Assembly (NCBI GenBank): GCA_001938485.1
Contig: MQRK01220918.1
Location: 1-64,000 of the forward strand
DNA from: Girardia tigrina
Lineage: Eukaryota
Reading direction: 5' to 3'
DNA: 64,000 bases
Shown here: positions 50,530-64,000 of the stretch, one piece after another
Numbering within the stretch: the first letter of the stretch is position 1
Layout of the letters: each line of letters opens with the position of its first letter
The notes under the pieces: model-generated
Database searches by the model: none
What the model saw: the letters and a program-made list of their open reading frames with translations, nothing else
Told to the model about the DNA's origin: nothing
Made by a program: the position numbers and the translations under genes

Positions 50530-51202
50530 GAGTTGTTGTAGTTGCCGGCTTCATGATTATTCAATTATGAATTAATATTAGTATTTAATATGAAAAAATA
50601 TGTATTTAATATGAAAAAATGAATTTAATATAAAAAATTATCGATTTCATATGAAGAAATATCGACTCAATAATAAAAAATCAATTTAATTTGAAAAATG
50701 CTTTTAAAATACAAACGTTTGCAATTCAGCTTGCCACCAAAGAATAAGTTTAAATAACTATGAATAAAAATTTTATATTTGGAAAATATTTTCAATAATA
50801 TATTAAGATTTTTTTCATATTTAATTTATTTTTTTCACATTAAATTGATAATTTTTAATGATAAATATTTTTTTGTCATTACATTGATATGTTCTCATAT
50901 TAAATTGATAATTTTTAGTATAAATACATATTTTTCAAATAAAATTAAGAATTTTTCGTTAATTTGATTTTTTTCATATTAAATTGATATTTGTTCATAT
51001 TATATACATAAGCTTTTATTTTAAATTGAGAAATTTTCATGTTAAAATAAAAGTTTTTCATATATTTAGTGAATTTGGCAAAAATTGACTAGTTCATAAA
51101 CTCGACAATAACATTATTTCAGCAAACTGTTGTCGATTTCACGAATTCGGCAAAATATTTTGCCCAATTCGTGAATTCGGCAAGTCGGTTACTGACTACA
51201 CA
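50530..51202. repeat. Foldback/MITE-like element with short internal tandem repeats in opposite orientations
   Basis: atttaatatgaaaaa units on the left, tttttcatattaaat units on the right; imperfect ends tgtagttgccg / cggttactgactaca. Confidence 0.5.
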
Positions 51203-51258
51203 AATCGGCATAACATATGTATAAGAAACGTTATATCATTGATTCTCTCTAGATTCAA

Positions 51259-51756
51259 TTTCTGTATAGGTATATATAAATATATACATGGAATTTAGCA
51301 ACCTGTTTTTTAAAGCTTTTCATTCAATCGATTTTCGTCAAACTTTGCACACTTATTCATTCTCGATGACAATAAATGATTTGGTTAAAATTTAATTGAA
51401 AAAACTTTTTCAGATCTTGAAATGGGTAAAGCGGAAAATTTGGATATATTTATGTATATATTTTATATATACCTATATATGCCATTATCATTATTTATTC
51501 AACTAATTAAATTTTTAAAACACTAAACATTTCAATAGAAGCGTGATCGACAAATAATTGATAATGAGATATAATACATTGTTTTCTACAAACGAACTGC
51601 TAATAATATATATGTCAAACAAATCAGAAGAAGTAATTTTATTCTTTCTTTTGAATATTTATAACAAAAAATATTAATTACTTTTATAAAAAATTATTTT
51701 ATGGTTTTTAAAACGGATTTCAGAAATAGGATGTTATACCTATCCCAACTTTTTTG

Positions 51757-51794
<38 letters not shown>

Positions 51795-52101
51795 CTGAAG
51801 TTTTTATTACACATTATTTAGAAATTTATAATAATAATTATTATATTATTTATTATTCCTCGAAATTAATGTTACCAATTGATTTTTAACCACGTTTTTA
51901 TGTCTATTACATCATCATCAATAAATATGTTGGGATATCTAGGTGATTCTTTAACAGAAAATCAAAACAATAAGACTTGCTTATTATAAAAATATTTATT
52001 CACAAGATATACAAATGTTTAAATCAAAATTGTTTAATGTGTCTTAACCTATTAATGAATTTGTAGTTCAGATAGAAGAAGAAGCGATATTTCACTTGCT
52101 C

Positions 52102-52138
<37 letters not shown>

Positions 52139-52831
52139 CGAAAAATATATAACTATATTTAATTTGTACTTTTGATCTTTTTAGTTGATCCTTTATTGAT
52201 CAGGGTTTCTCTTCCTTTTCCTTTTTTCCAATTTAGTAATAACTTGACTTCTTTTTTATTCACGAGCATGAATTATTTTCTTTTACACAAGCGTACTTCA
52301 ATTCTCTTTCAATTTTAAAAATCAATAGCTTTTTTTTTAAAATCAATAAATCCCTTAAATTAACTTAATTAATATAAACTTTTGTTGTCGCTCTTTTGTA
52401 AAATTCCTCTTCTTTTATACTCTTTTTCCCATCTTAATTTTCTTTATTTATCTTTTAAATAATTTTAATTATCTTTTTTATAAGAACACATTTTAACTTA
52501 CTCTAAATTATTTATCCTTTTATTTATTTCTAATCTAATTGTTTATATATAAACTATATTTAATTTAATAATGAGATAAATAAATCTTATTTTATCTATT
52601 GGGTACAAAAATTAATATTGTTCGGGAACTCCAAATTTTCCGCTTTACCCATTTCAAGATCTGAAAAAGTTTTTTCAATTAAATTTTAACCAAATCATTT
52701 ATTGTCATCGAGAATGAATAAGTGTGCAAAGTTTGACGAAAATCGATTGAATGAAAAGCTTTAAAAAACAGGTTGCTAAATTCCATGTATATATTTATAT
52801 ATACCTATACAGAAAGTAAGCTAATAAAAAG
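51259..52831. mobile_element. Two inverted copies of a Helentron/DINE-1-like element core (51259-51444 +, 52630-52831 -)
   Basis: ~185 bp apparently identical inverted match; core gattttcgtcaaactttgcacac; end ctttttattagcttac. Confidence 0.6.
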
Positions 52832-53431
52832 AATTGAAAAATAGTTATTTCAAATATATATAGGGTCTTATAAAAAAGCTTTTTTCAAAACCCTGCATAT
52901 ATATTTTTAACTATAGAACTATTGATTAATCTTGTAATCTCCATGATGAATCTTATATTTATCATTTCCTAAGATATGTGTGTGAAAACCGAAAGTGTCT
53001 TCACTTTTTAATAAAAATGAGGTACATTTTCCTCATTATTAATTATTAAGAGTTCTCCTGATTTATCCGATATCTTTTTAATAAACTTAATCACTTTATG
53101 ATCTATTTCCGGTTCCTGGTCGTTCATACTTTGTGACTTATTTTTATCAATTTTATTAAAACGATTACTATTATTTAATTTACTACTAATATTATTTATA
53201 TTACTGATATTATTACTATTATATATATAATTTATATGGTATGGTTTGTGTAATGAAAGACTTACTGTAGTGCCAAGATCGCTTCCTCGTCGTCTTGGCA
53301 TTGCTCGTTTTTTCAGATTCTCTGCACTCTTCTTCTTCCATCATTGCTATCTGTCGTCCTCTTTGAAAACCTCTCAGGTATTCCTCCGACTTCCAGTTTC
53401 TCCCGTCTCTTTCCTGACTCCGTGGTGGCTG

Positions 53432-54337
53432 TCAATTGTCCCTCTGTGTTCTCCCATGATACTCTTTTCTCTCTTGATACTCGTTCCTTCTGTGATGACG
53501 TCGGTTCAGATTCGTGTAACACACATCCGCCTTATGTCCCGGATCGTTACACCAGTTACATATTATCGTCTTACATTCTCGGTGCACATGGCCCGTTTCT
53601 CCACATGCGTAGCACGTGATCTTCTTTTCTCGCTTACATTCACTGATTCTATGGCCTATTTCTTTGCAGTTCCAGCACGTATTGTTGTTACGTAAAGGAG
53701 GTCGTCCCTCCGATGTTTCCGTTTTCCTCATCGAATTCCCGGCTGTGTTTCCTCTTTTTACGGCTTCTCTGTACGTTGGTCTTACCGCATGAACAGGTTT
53801 TTCAGATCTCCGGATTTCATCTACTTTCCTCATCAAGTTCTTTATTTCCGGTATCTCCTTTATGTCTCTGAGTTTAATCTCCTTTTCACATCATTGTCCT
53901 TTGATCCGTGAATTAGATGACATTTTTTCTATTTCCTCTTTTGTCCATTGGATATTTACTAATTTCTCTGCTAATTTATTTACTTTAGCAAAGTACTTAT
54001 CGATCGATTCTCCGGACCTCTCGAAATGTACAGCCTCTTCTAAGTCTTCCATAAATGTGCTTTTCTTAAGGAAAGCTTCACGAAGTCGGGCTTCATATCC
54101 TTTTATATCCGCAGGAACACTTTCATATATTGGTATTAACTCGTGGGACAATAACCCTATCACTAATATTTCCTGAATATTTTCCTGGTCCTTTGCCACT
54201 TTGAAATATCGAGCACAAGCCGATATAAATGTTTCGACATTGTCCTGTCTCCGATATTTTTCCGGCATTAGTCTCCCAATCAACTGATCCGAGTTGCTAG
54301 CTATGGTCGCCATATTGGGTTCTTGCTCAAAAGACAT
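53432..54337 (-). pseudogene. LTR-retrotransposon gag with three CCHC zinc knuckles, frameshifted
   Basis: CWNCKEIGHRISEC, CYACGETGHVHREC, CNWCNDPGHKADVC; GESIDKYF motif; possible PBS TGGGGTATCGAG near 54992. Confidence 0.8.
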
Positions 54338-57017
54338 TATAATGAATTAAAATTTTGTCACAAAGATTTTGTTACGTCTTTTATTAATTTTTCGATTTTA
54401 TGGTACATTTAAATTTTCCTATTTCTCAATTACATTTTCTAAAAAAAATTAAAATCGCATTTTTTATTTAAGTCAATTTAATGGTTTTATAATTATTTTT
54501 TACTTCCAATTTTAATTTCCTAAAAATTATAATTACATTTTCCAAAAAAAATATAACCACATTTTTAATTTACTTTGATTTAAAAGTTACCAAAATGGTT
54601 TAGTTTACTTATTTCGCAAATAAAATATCAAACTTAAATTACTTTTTATTTTATTTCAAATAAATATTTTCATCACATTTGAAATTAACTTTTTTTTACT
54701 TTATAATAAATCTTTACATAAATCTTTTAATAACCCTACCGTAAAATTTATTCTATTTCTTACTTAAATTATTTTTTTACCTTAAATTTCTGAAAATTTT
54801 ATTTTAACATATTTATAACAATATTTTACGGAATGTAATTGTTTATTTAATAATTTGAAAGTTTCAAAAATTTTATATTTTATGAACGTTCCCAACAGTA
54901 ATCATTGTAATAAAGTGAATAAATATTTATAAAAGAATCTTTAATTTTTTTACATTTCGTTTTATATTTTACTAAGTCATCTCGATACCCCAACACATTT
55001 ATAAAATTTCCGCGAGAATGGATCACAGTATTATCTCTCCATGGAGCATAAGAAATTACCCGATTGTAGTTTATATCTCTTTAGGATCCGTTGAGATTGT
55101 TCAGTCGTTCTCGTCCGCGTGTGATTTTATTGTCAACCAGAGTGTAAGTAGATCTGGTTTGATTCACTGTTCTGTTTTTTCGCGGGTAAACCGATCCATT
55201 ATCGCCGGTCCAGATGTGTCTTGGTGACGCTGGGTCCCGGTCGATTCCGTTCTGTGTGCGCCTTGGTGGCGTTGGGCGCCGGTCAGATCCAGCCTGGAAG
55301 CGCCTCGGTGGCACTGAGAGACGGTTGATTGCGGTGCGGCACCGTTGGTACCGGTAATTATCGGTTTTCGACTGACCGTTGGGACTGATTACGGTGGTTA
55401 TTCATATTAAAGAGTTATTTCAAAGTTAAGCAATTTAATAAAACAAAGTAAATTATATGAAAAACTAATTTTCATTGGTGGAACATCAATCGAGCATTCT
55501 CTCTATCCGAATGCTGACGGCCCACTGGGGAAGACACTAGAAATTCACTAGATAAAATGATGATTATTGCTGCCACTATTGCAGTTAGGAAATTCAAGCG
55601 CTCATCTGCGAACAGGCATTTAAGCAAAAAATAATTATAAATATTTCATTAAATTTCTTTCTCTTCTTGATTTAAATCATTTTAAATTCAACAATTTATA
55701 ATTCAATTTTAAAGTACTTATTAAAAATCAATATTTTACTCTCAGATTGGAGAATTATGCAAATTAGAAGGAATATTTCTCAATTGTAATTGATTAATTA
55801 TTTCTAAAGGAAATGTTTTGAAAAATTATTATGACAGTTCAAATATGAATTCCTCAAATATACAATGAAAAATTAATAACATCCATTTACAAATTTTAAA
55901 GAAATCCAAATTATCCAATCTTGGTGAAAATAGAAGTATAAAGCAAATTCTATTTAAATATTTCTAGTGGATAATTTCCAATATCCAGTCACACAAATTT
56001 TAAAATAACTCACATACTTATTACTTTAATAAATTAATGTTACGTGATATGTATAAATTTTGCACAACATTATAGTTATTCCTAATTTAAAGTCACTTTT
56101 TTAAAATAATAAAAAAGTTAATATTAATTATCCACGTCTTCTAAGAGGTCAGATGGATACATCTCATTGGCTCATTTATTTCGACTAAATGGAAAGTTGT
56201 ATGTTTCCAGTTGGAATTAATTATCTGAAATAATGTTTAGTTGATATACAGGGTGTTCAAAAAGGCTGGGGAGTTTTCGAAGACAGCTAAACACCGGATT
56301 TGGCACGCGACTACAGTCACATTTTAGTGAAGAACATGATGACATTTCAAGTTACTTATTTGAAAAAAATCATTTCGTTATGAGTGACTCCATTAAGATA
56401 GAAGAATAAGTTTATTTTATGTTACATACAAAAACTGAAAAAAACAGTAGAATATTATTTCAAGAGAAGGATGAAAAGCATGATCCTCCAATATCGACAA
56501 TAAAATACTGGAAAACTAATTGTCTTGAAACCGAACAAATTATTCGCTGTTCGTCTGAGATAAAGAAGACTGAGAATGTGATTGTTTTGATTATCGGTAC
56601 TGTTGTGATTTTTATTATTATCTTTATTATGTATAATTTCTTTTTTTTCATTATTAACCCAACAAATTATTTTGATACGATAATCATTTACCATCCCTTT
56701 TCTAACACAGGCTAATGGTTCATATTGTACCCGATTACGTTCATCTGGCCAAATGATTTACCAGTGAACAAAATGAAATACCTTCCTGGTTCCTCGTAAA
56801 CTATTTTTTATAAATGTTCATCTATCTTTTGTCTAGAGAAACAGATCTCTATTGATACCATGTCGATTTATTTTCTGTTGATTTCTGAAATTTCCACTGA
56901 ATAATTTTTAAATATTTTGAAAGAATATAAATAAACTTAAAATCATAAAACATAAACATTTCTTCATCAATTATCCAACATTGATATTAAAGGTTTAACA
57001 ATGACAACAAAAAAGGG

Positions 57018-57306
57018 TTGAGGTTGATGGAGGTTTGATTATTAGACATTTAAGGTGTTCTATAGAGAGCAATTTCTTTCGACTACCAGATCTTCAATAC
57101 ATTCGGAAGGCATTATGAGCACCCGCCGGTAACTATCAACTGTTCGGCTGTCTCCAATTCTCTTTCAAGATATTTTTCACATTCACTGCCAGATCGTTAA
57201 CAATCAAGGCAGGCACTATGAGCACCTGTCGGTAATTATAAACTGATCGGCTGTCTTCAATATATTTTCGCATGTCTAATTTATATCTATACTCCATCAA
57301 CCTCAA
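57018..57306. repeat. TIR-bounded 289-bp element with an internal ~100-bp-period direct repeat
   Basis: TTGAGGTTGATGGAG / CTCCATCAACCTCAA; ggca.tatgagcacc...tcggctgtct occurs twice. Confidence 0.65.
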
Positions 57307-57399
57307 AAAAAATTAAAATTAAAAACTCACAAAAACTGAAGATTGAAAAATTTATTAATATAAAATCAACAATTAGACAAAACACTTTTTTAAGCAGGA

Positions 57400-60250
57400 A
57401 ATTCAAACGAATTTAGAGTTATTCGTTTTTCCACAATTTTCACATAAAGTTCAAGATCACTGGACTTTGTGTCAACAGTCTCGGCAGATACTATAAGCCT
57501 CTGCCGTTTCCTATCGCTAACAAAGTCCGAACAATCATGTAAGTTTTACAATCAAAATAAAAATGATTACCTTTTTTATTTCAGATCGATAAGGATCAAA
57601 GATCAAATTGATCAAGTAAGTTTTTTTTGATAAATAAATAAATAATCATTGTTTTTTTGTAATTTCAGATTCCAAAGGTCAGATCAATTAAGTAAGTTTT
57701 TTTCAATCAATTAATCTTAATAATTATTTTTATTTCAGATTAAAGTTCAAAATCAATTAAGGTTTTTTAATTAATTAATATAATAGCTATTTACAGAGTT
57801 ATTCCATAATATAAATAACTTTATTTCATAATATAAATAACTTTATTCCATAACATAAATAAATTTAGTCTACATTTTTTGTTTATCATTAAACCGTCTA
57901 AATAACTTTGTGCAACCTTATTAGCGTATAATAAATATTGATTAATATTATCAAAACCAATATTCCAATTATTGGTATGTTTTTTTGTCGCTGCTATTTT
58001 AAATAATCTAGAAACTTTATTTTAATCCAGAAATGCAAAATAAATGAAAGAAAAGAACTCTGATAACTGCAGAAATGATTTACAATGTAAAAAGGTGGTT
58101 AGAAGTAAACAAAACTGATAAAGAAATCCAGGAGTTGACGGGTCTTTCGTATTCTTCGCTTCATAATCTAATAAAAAAGATTACGTCGGGCATGGATAAA
58201 GCCGAGATTATTTATTCCGAAATGACCAAAGTTTAAAGAGAATGCCCCAATAAAATACCAAATATCTTCGATAGTTGATCGAGATAATAGTTTAGTACAA
58301 ATGGACATAGTGGACTCCTTGGAATCTTCTGGAATTTGACGTTCACAAAGTTTTGTTTCTAAAATGCTCAAAAAAATGAATATAAATAGAAAGAGGCTTA
58401 CGAGAATACCTTGTGAAAGGAATAGCCAGAGGGTTTTGGATTCTAGACAAGCCTATGCTAGAGAATTAATGAACTATTCTGACGAACAACTGGTTTTTCT
58501 TGATGAAACTAGATTTAATTTGCACACATCCAGTAATTTTGGTTATTCTCAGAAAAATACTAAAGCCTATGTGATATTTCCCGCTAACAAATGGAAAAAC
58601 ATAAGCTTAATGACAGACATTACTTGTGAAACAGTGTTATCATTAAATTTACCAGACGGAGCCTATAACGCTGAACATTTTATTGCTTTCATAACAACTT
58701 TCCTAAAACCTTATTTTAAAGATCATCCAAAATCAGTATTCATCATGCATAACTGCAGGTTCCATCATAGTCAGGAAGTTTTAAAGGTTCTTAATGAATT
58801 TAGAAATAGTATTAAATTTCTTCCACCTCATTCACCTCAATTAAATCCTATTGAGGAATATTTTGGTGAAATAAAAGCTAATTATAAGAAAATTAAACCA
58901 TTGGCAAAAACTAGAGAGGAGATTAAAGAACGAGTATTGCACTTGTTATCAAATGGAACCTGAAATTTCCTCGCGAGTTTTGGAAGAGCACGCAATTTCG
59001 TTGATCAAGAAATTTCAAGACATCATTTTATTTAATAAAAAAGGCATTTATTCTTTACGTTGTAAGTTTATATTATTTTGTAATTTTTTAATGTAAATAA
59101 AAGTATTTGTGATTTTATGGTAAACCAAAAATATGGAATTGTTAAGTATATATAAAAAAATAAAGATTAAAAAATTAAATATTTTGTTTTAATTAATTGG
59201 GTTAAATAAAAATTATTTACCCTTTTATGATAATAAATATAATTTATATATAAATAATTGAAATTAANNNNNNNNNNNNNNNNNNNNNNNNNNNNNNNNN
59301 NNNNNNNNNNNNNNNNNNNNNNNNNNNNNNNNNNNNNNNNNNNNNNNNNNNNNNNNNNNNNNNNNNNNNNNNNNNNNNNNNNNNNNNNNNNNNNNNNNNN
59401 NNNNNNNNNNNNNNNNNNNNNNNNNNNNNNNNNNNNNNNNNNNNNNNNNNNNNNNNNNNNNAACAAGAAAGTTAATTAAAAGGAGATTGAAAGTTCAAGT
59501 GCGTGACAACAAGACAGCTGATTAGAAATTAGAAGAAAAGATTGAAAGCTCAATTGCGTGAGAACAAGACAGCTGCTTAGGAATTATTTTAAGAGCTTGA
59601 GATTATATTTTAAAANNNNNNNNNNNNNNNNNNNNNNNNNNNNNNNNNNNNNNNNNNNNNNNNNNNNNNNNNNNNNNNNNNNNNNNNNNNNNNNNNNNNN
59701 NNNNNNNNNNNNNNNNNNNNNNNNNNNNNNNNNNNNNNNNNNNNNNNNNNNNNNNNNNNNNNNNNNNAATATAATTATTTATAATTTCGTAAATATATTT
59801 TTATATATCTAAATTGACTGGAGGTAAACGTTGCGTTTCCTCCCCTACCCAATATTTAAAATCTTGAATAAGTTTAAGTTCTTTTCAAATATAATTCTAA
59901 ATTGTAATTTTTGTATAAAGTGAAAATACATATTTTTATTTAAAAGTCTCGTTTTCGTTTCTCATTTGAATAAATCATTTTAATCACACCTATATACCAG
60001 CAGAATAATGTTATTTATATTGTGAAATAAAGTTATTTATATTATGGAATAATGTTATTTATATTGTGGAATAAAGTTATTTATTTTATGGAATAACTCT
60101 GCAATAATCATTTTATTTTATTTCAGATCCCGAGAAGTTTTTCATCAGTTTCAGTGCCCCATTAATGAATTGGCCTGATTTTGATTGGGAAATTTCTCGA
60201 TCCCAACAGTACTCATAAACTGAAATTATAAAGAAGACAAATTAAAGGAA
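57400..60250 (+). ncRNA. Putative spliced non-coding transcript with micro-exons
   Basis: GTAAGT...TTTCAG introns 57539-57584, 57616-57668, 57692-57738, plus a fourth (57762-60126) containing a Tc1; exons of 31, 23 and 23 nt. Confidence 0.45.
57794..60101 (+). mobile_element. Tc1/IS630-like element with tandem-repeat TIRs, defective transposase ~58033-59035
   Basis: TA|CAGAGTTATTCCATAA...TTATGGAATAACTCTG; VFLDET, IMHNCRFH (second Asp replaced by His), SPQLNPIEEYF. Confidence 0.88.
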
Positions 60251-61671
60251 CTCAAAATTTAATTTTTATTACAATCGGTTCATTTAAACAAGAAATAATT
60301 AATTTCTTTTAGTTTTTTTTCATGTATAATTTATTTTTTTGAAATTAAATGATATAATTACAGGGATATGTTGACAAGAAGAAAGAACATATGTATGATA
60401 CACGTGAAAATACTACAATATCAGTGAGAGATTATGCGGAAGAATTTATTAAATATCAATAAGTTCAGTGCACAACATTTTGAAAGAAAAACAGTTTCAT
60501 CCATATAAAGCAAAAGACTGCAAATTATTTGTTGATGGTGATACTGATCGGATAGAACATTTTAGATAGATAGTCATTGAAAATAAAATTAGCAGACAAA
60601 AGTGGCTTTTTGCTGAAAGGTAAATCTAATTATTTGAACGTACACCTAGTGGAGAAACTTTGAACCCACATTGGCGGATCGACATATCAGGCGAAACTCC
60701 AAAGCTCACTGGGTTGCCATGTATCGGATACGGTGATGTTGTTTTTTACGATGTTTTCCCGCTACAATGAACAATAAATGATACTGTGTAAACATACAAC
60801 GCTAATATGTTCAGCGTTTCTCTAGGGGCCATGGTAGGTAAAGGATATTCAAGCAGTATGGTTTCCTGAGTAATTTCAGAGTAAATTCAGGGGTCCAGCT
60901 TTTTGACCATTCTCTCCTGGGATGTAGCTCAGTAAAAGGAAGACACAGAAATTCTGATCTCACAGTGTGTAACTTCAGACTGTGATCTTATCTCCAGAAC
61001 AAAGTTAACGATCTACCAAAGTTGGTATTTTCAAATTTGGTTTCACTACCAAACAGGCACTACAAAATGAAAAAAACGCTTATTTCCTTGATCATGTTCC
61101 ATAGAGCAACGAATGACTTCCACAGAAATTCTGCAGAATAAAAAAATATAAATCTGCATTTTTATTAAATTTGAATTAAAAACACCTAAATTGTACATAC
61201 AATTGTCTTACCATATGACATTTATGTAAGGGTGTATTGGTTTTTAATAAGAATGTGTAAAATGATTTTTACAGGTACCTGTATTTTTATAAGTGAATTT
61301 TGATGTCTAAATAATAATGACTCTAAAAACTGTTTTTCAGAATGCGTAACAAAATTTGAAGTCAGAATTGAAAAACATGAAATATGCGATTGATTTCAAT
61401 TGTTCTACCAGACCAATATCGAGGAAGTCAGACATAAAGATATTATTTAAGCAAAGTTTTCAATTCAATCTAACTGTTGACGATAAAGGAGGACATGGAG
61501 GAAGTCTCGGAAAATGGCATTTGTTTTCTGCAAGGAAGGAGCCCCTATGAGCCGAGTTGCGCCCGAACCTTTCTCTCAAAAATTGAAAAGGACCATATTG
61601 TTTGTTTAATTTTGTGTGTCATAGTGGTACATCATTCAGATATTATTTAATTATTTTGAGTATAACGTATA

Positions 61672-61953
61672 CCGTATTACTTCGATTTAACGCCGCGGCG
61701 TTTATTTCAAATGCTGATTCGAAGGTGCGGCGTTAAATCGAAGTNNNNNNNNNNNNNNNNNNNNNNNNNNNNNNNNNNNNNNNNNNNNNNNNNNATATAT
61801 ATATATATATATATTTCCGTCACAAATATAATTTTCAAGATTTTTTAGTTTAGATATAAGTGAACGGTTTTTTAAAGAGAAAAAAATCATAAAAAGGCGG
61901 CGTTTATTATAAAATATCGCATAAGGATGCGGCGTTAAATCGAAGTAATACGG
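61672..61953. mobile_element. pogo-type MITE
   Basis: TA|CCGTATTACTTCGATTTAACGCCGC perfect TIRs. Confidence 0.88.
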
Positions 61954-62699
61954 TAGTTGTTCAATTTCGAATATTTTTATGATAAATTATTTTTATAAGC
62001 TTAATAAGTTGGAAGTTTGAATTATTTTAGGAATGAACTAATTAAGGAAACCTTGCAAATATATTATTATTAGCTTTAAGTTTTTTTAAAAGAGATCTTT
62101 TTATTATGAATGACTTCATATAATAATAATAAAGTGGTTTAAGTAATTGGGTTCATGTGTATGTACAAGATCATTCTCTATTTGAATTTTATCGATTTGA
62201 ACTTGAAAACCAGTAATATGAAAGAAATCCTTACATTTTCCCATTCACTTTGTCTAGTCATAATATTTGAACATTTAAAAATTAGAATCGCATACATCTG
62301 TCTTATGAATAAATATCTAAAATTTTTTAATTGGTGACTTAAACTGTATTTGTTTCAGATAATGTTGGTTAAAATAGTTAATTTAACAGAATTCAGGTCA
62401 ATAGCAAATCGACATAGTAATATACTATGACGTATTTGTACCGCAATACCATTCCTCACCTAAATGACTACCACGTATCAGATTTGTTTACGAATAACAC
62501 AATATTGTTAACATCAGTTAACTCGAAAACGACCTGGTTGAAATACATTTCACTATCACCGATTCTCAATAATATTTTGATTTCAATAAACAAAATCGAG
62601 TGAACCATATTTATCACTGACAAATATCCCTAAAATGAATCAAGTCAGAAAACAAAACGTATATATTACATTACAATCATAGTCATATTTCCTATTATC

Positions 62700-63253
62700 A
62701 TTTGATTTCTTAGAAAAGCTGGTATATAATACCGACCATAATAAAAATTTTCAAAACAAATAAATGTAAGATAATTAATACTTCTGGTAGCAACTTTTAC
62801 GAGTTGTGTTCAAATTGACGATACATGAACAATTGACCGGCTACGTGAACAAGCAAATTATAGATTTTGGACTTTCAAAAGTTAGGTAAGAAAACCGAAA
62901 TTTTTTAAGTGACTATGAGGAACACTTTCACCAACGTTATATTGGATTGAATGCGTTGGGTCACCATAATCTCTCGACCTTAATCCATGTGATTTTTTCG
63001 TCTACAGTTGTCTCGAGGATTGGATTTTTTGGGATGCTCCGAAAATCACAAGACCTTAAGGAAGCTGTGAGACTAATTTCATAAATTTCTGTTAAATTTT
63101 TGAAAAAAGATTTTTGAACAGACTTCTTCACTTGATCGCTACTAACGGCAAACTCTATTAATATTTTATTAGTTTCGAATTTTTATCACTTGCGGTTTTT
63201 AATAACATATCTTTTAATTTTCAAGTTTTAAATGTACTTTGAACAACACGAAA
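62700..63253 (+). mobile_element. Degenerate DDxD Tc1/mariner 3' fragment; its 5' part may be at 56249-56560
   Basis: DLNPCDFF motif; tttgaaca end versus CAGGGTGTTCAAA at 56249. Confidence 0.5.
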
Positions 63254-64000
63254 TTATGAAATAATGTTATCAGTAAGTGAAGTGACCCCTGTTAGAACCC
63301 CCAACTACAATATGGGAGGTTCGTAGTTTAACCAACATATCCGTTTGTTCCGGATTTTTATCTCTTTTCCATAGTCTTCTTGAATTCGTTAACAGAGGAG
63401 ATTGTGGGCAGCCTTGAAATTCTTCTCCAATACCTTATTCGAAAACACGATATTGCAATTATAATTCTAGAAAATCAAACAACATAAAACAATTAAAAAG
63501 AAGCCAGACTCTTGAAATAAACTATTTATTCTAATAACTATGGAAAATAATCAGATTTCAAGTCGAGATTCATTATTATTAAACCAGTACTCCATGATCA
63601 TTCAATTTCGACAGTTTTTATTTTGAAGATATGCACTTCAATACAAAAATATTCAACAAAAACTCATGAATACAAAATCAAAAAAACACCAGCAAGGCTG
63701 TTTGAGAAAGTTAATCATCGCAGGATAATCCTGGACGCGGATGAACTCACACCAAATACAGTTCCGTATATATATATTGATTAAAGAGTAGAAAGATACA
63801 AAGCAGCACCCATAAAACACATCTATACAAGCAATCAAACATACGAACGGATCCCAAAAACATAATTGGAAATCAATTAAAATAAATATCAGATTTATGA
63901 CTACCACGCGAATCAGTGGTGGATGGAATCAAAGAATCAATTCACAGATCAGCTGCTGTTAGATTGGCTCAGCAGTTTATTATTATTGTCAAATAAAATG

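Noticed and set aside
55081-55314. GC-rich 77-aa ORF
   Set aside because: Non-ATG start and no recognisable domain; probably retroelement LTR or leader sequence.
57462-57536. H/ACA snoRNA call for the hairpin followed by ACA
   Set aside because: ACA is ~24 nt from the upper stem rather than 14-16, and no second hairpin or H box is evident.
60118-60150. Minus-strand CTGATGA...GAAA
   Set aside because: The GAAA is the complement of a splice acceptor (tttcag); stem II is weak.
61020-61330. Possible minus-strand exons of another gene
   Set aside because: Splice-like signals are present, but no consistent open frame or recognisable protein.

Overview
This is AT-rich animal genomic DNA from a draft assembly, with N gaps and (TA)n runs. 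It contains one complete host gene: a 12-exon methylcrotonoyl-CoA carboxylase beta subunit (MCCC2) on the minus strand, 16301-50220, predicted 569 aa by manual splicing. Its large introns and flanks are filled with nested and mostly decayed transposons (Tc1/mariner, pogo, hAT, MULE, Gypsy, BEL, RTE-like LINE, Penelope, Helentron-type). Two things stand out. (1) Bases 51-14420 hold four copies of an unclassified non-coding module that carries 21-bp-phased RFX X-box-like palindromes and abuts different cargo segments. One cargo is an intact, intronless twin-HTH gene with an antisense TATA-Inr-hammerhead unit, and it is duplicated as a ~7.7-kb palindrome with hairpin junctions and Penelope remnants in the spacer. 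(2) MCCC2 intron 4 holds mosaics of captured host-gene pieces, mostly 5' ends (Rab24 twice, ARFGEF/BIG, eIF4A-family, an orphan exon); two of these mosaics end in the same GC-rich, CCA-terminated 30-mer. A micro-exon, apparently non-coding transcription unit lies at 57.4-60.3 kb. All calls were made by eye, with no database search.
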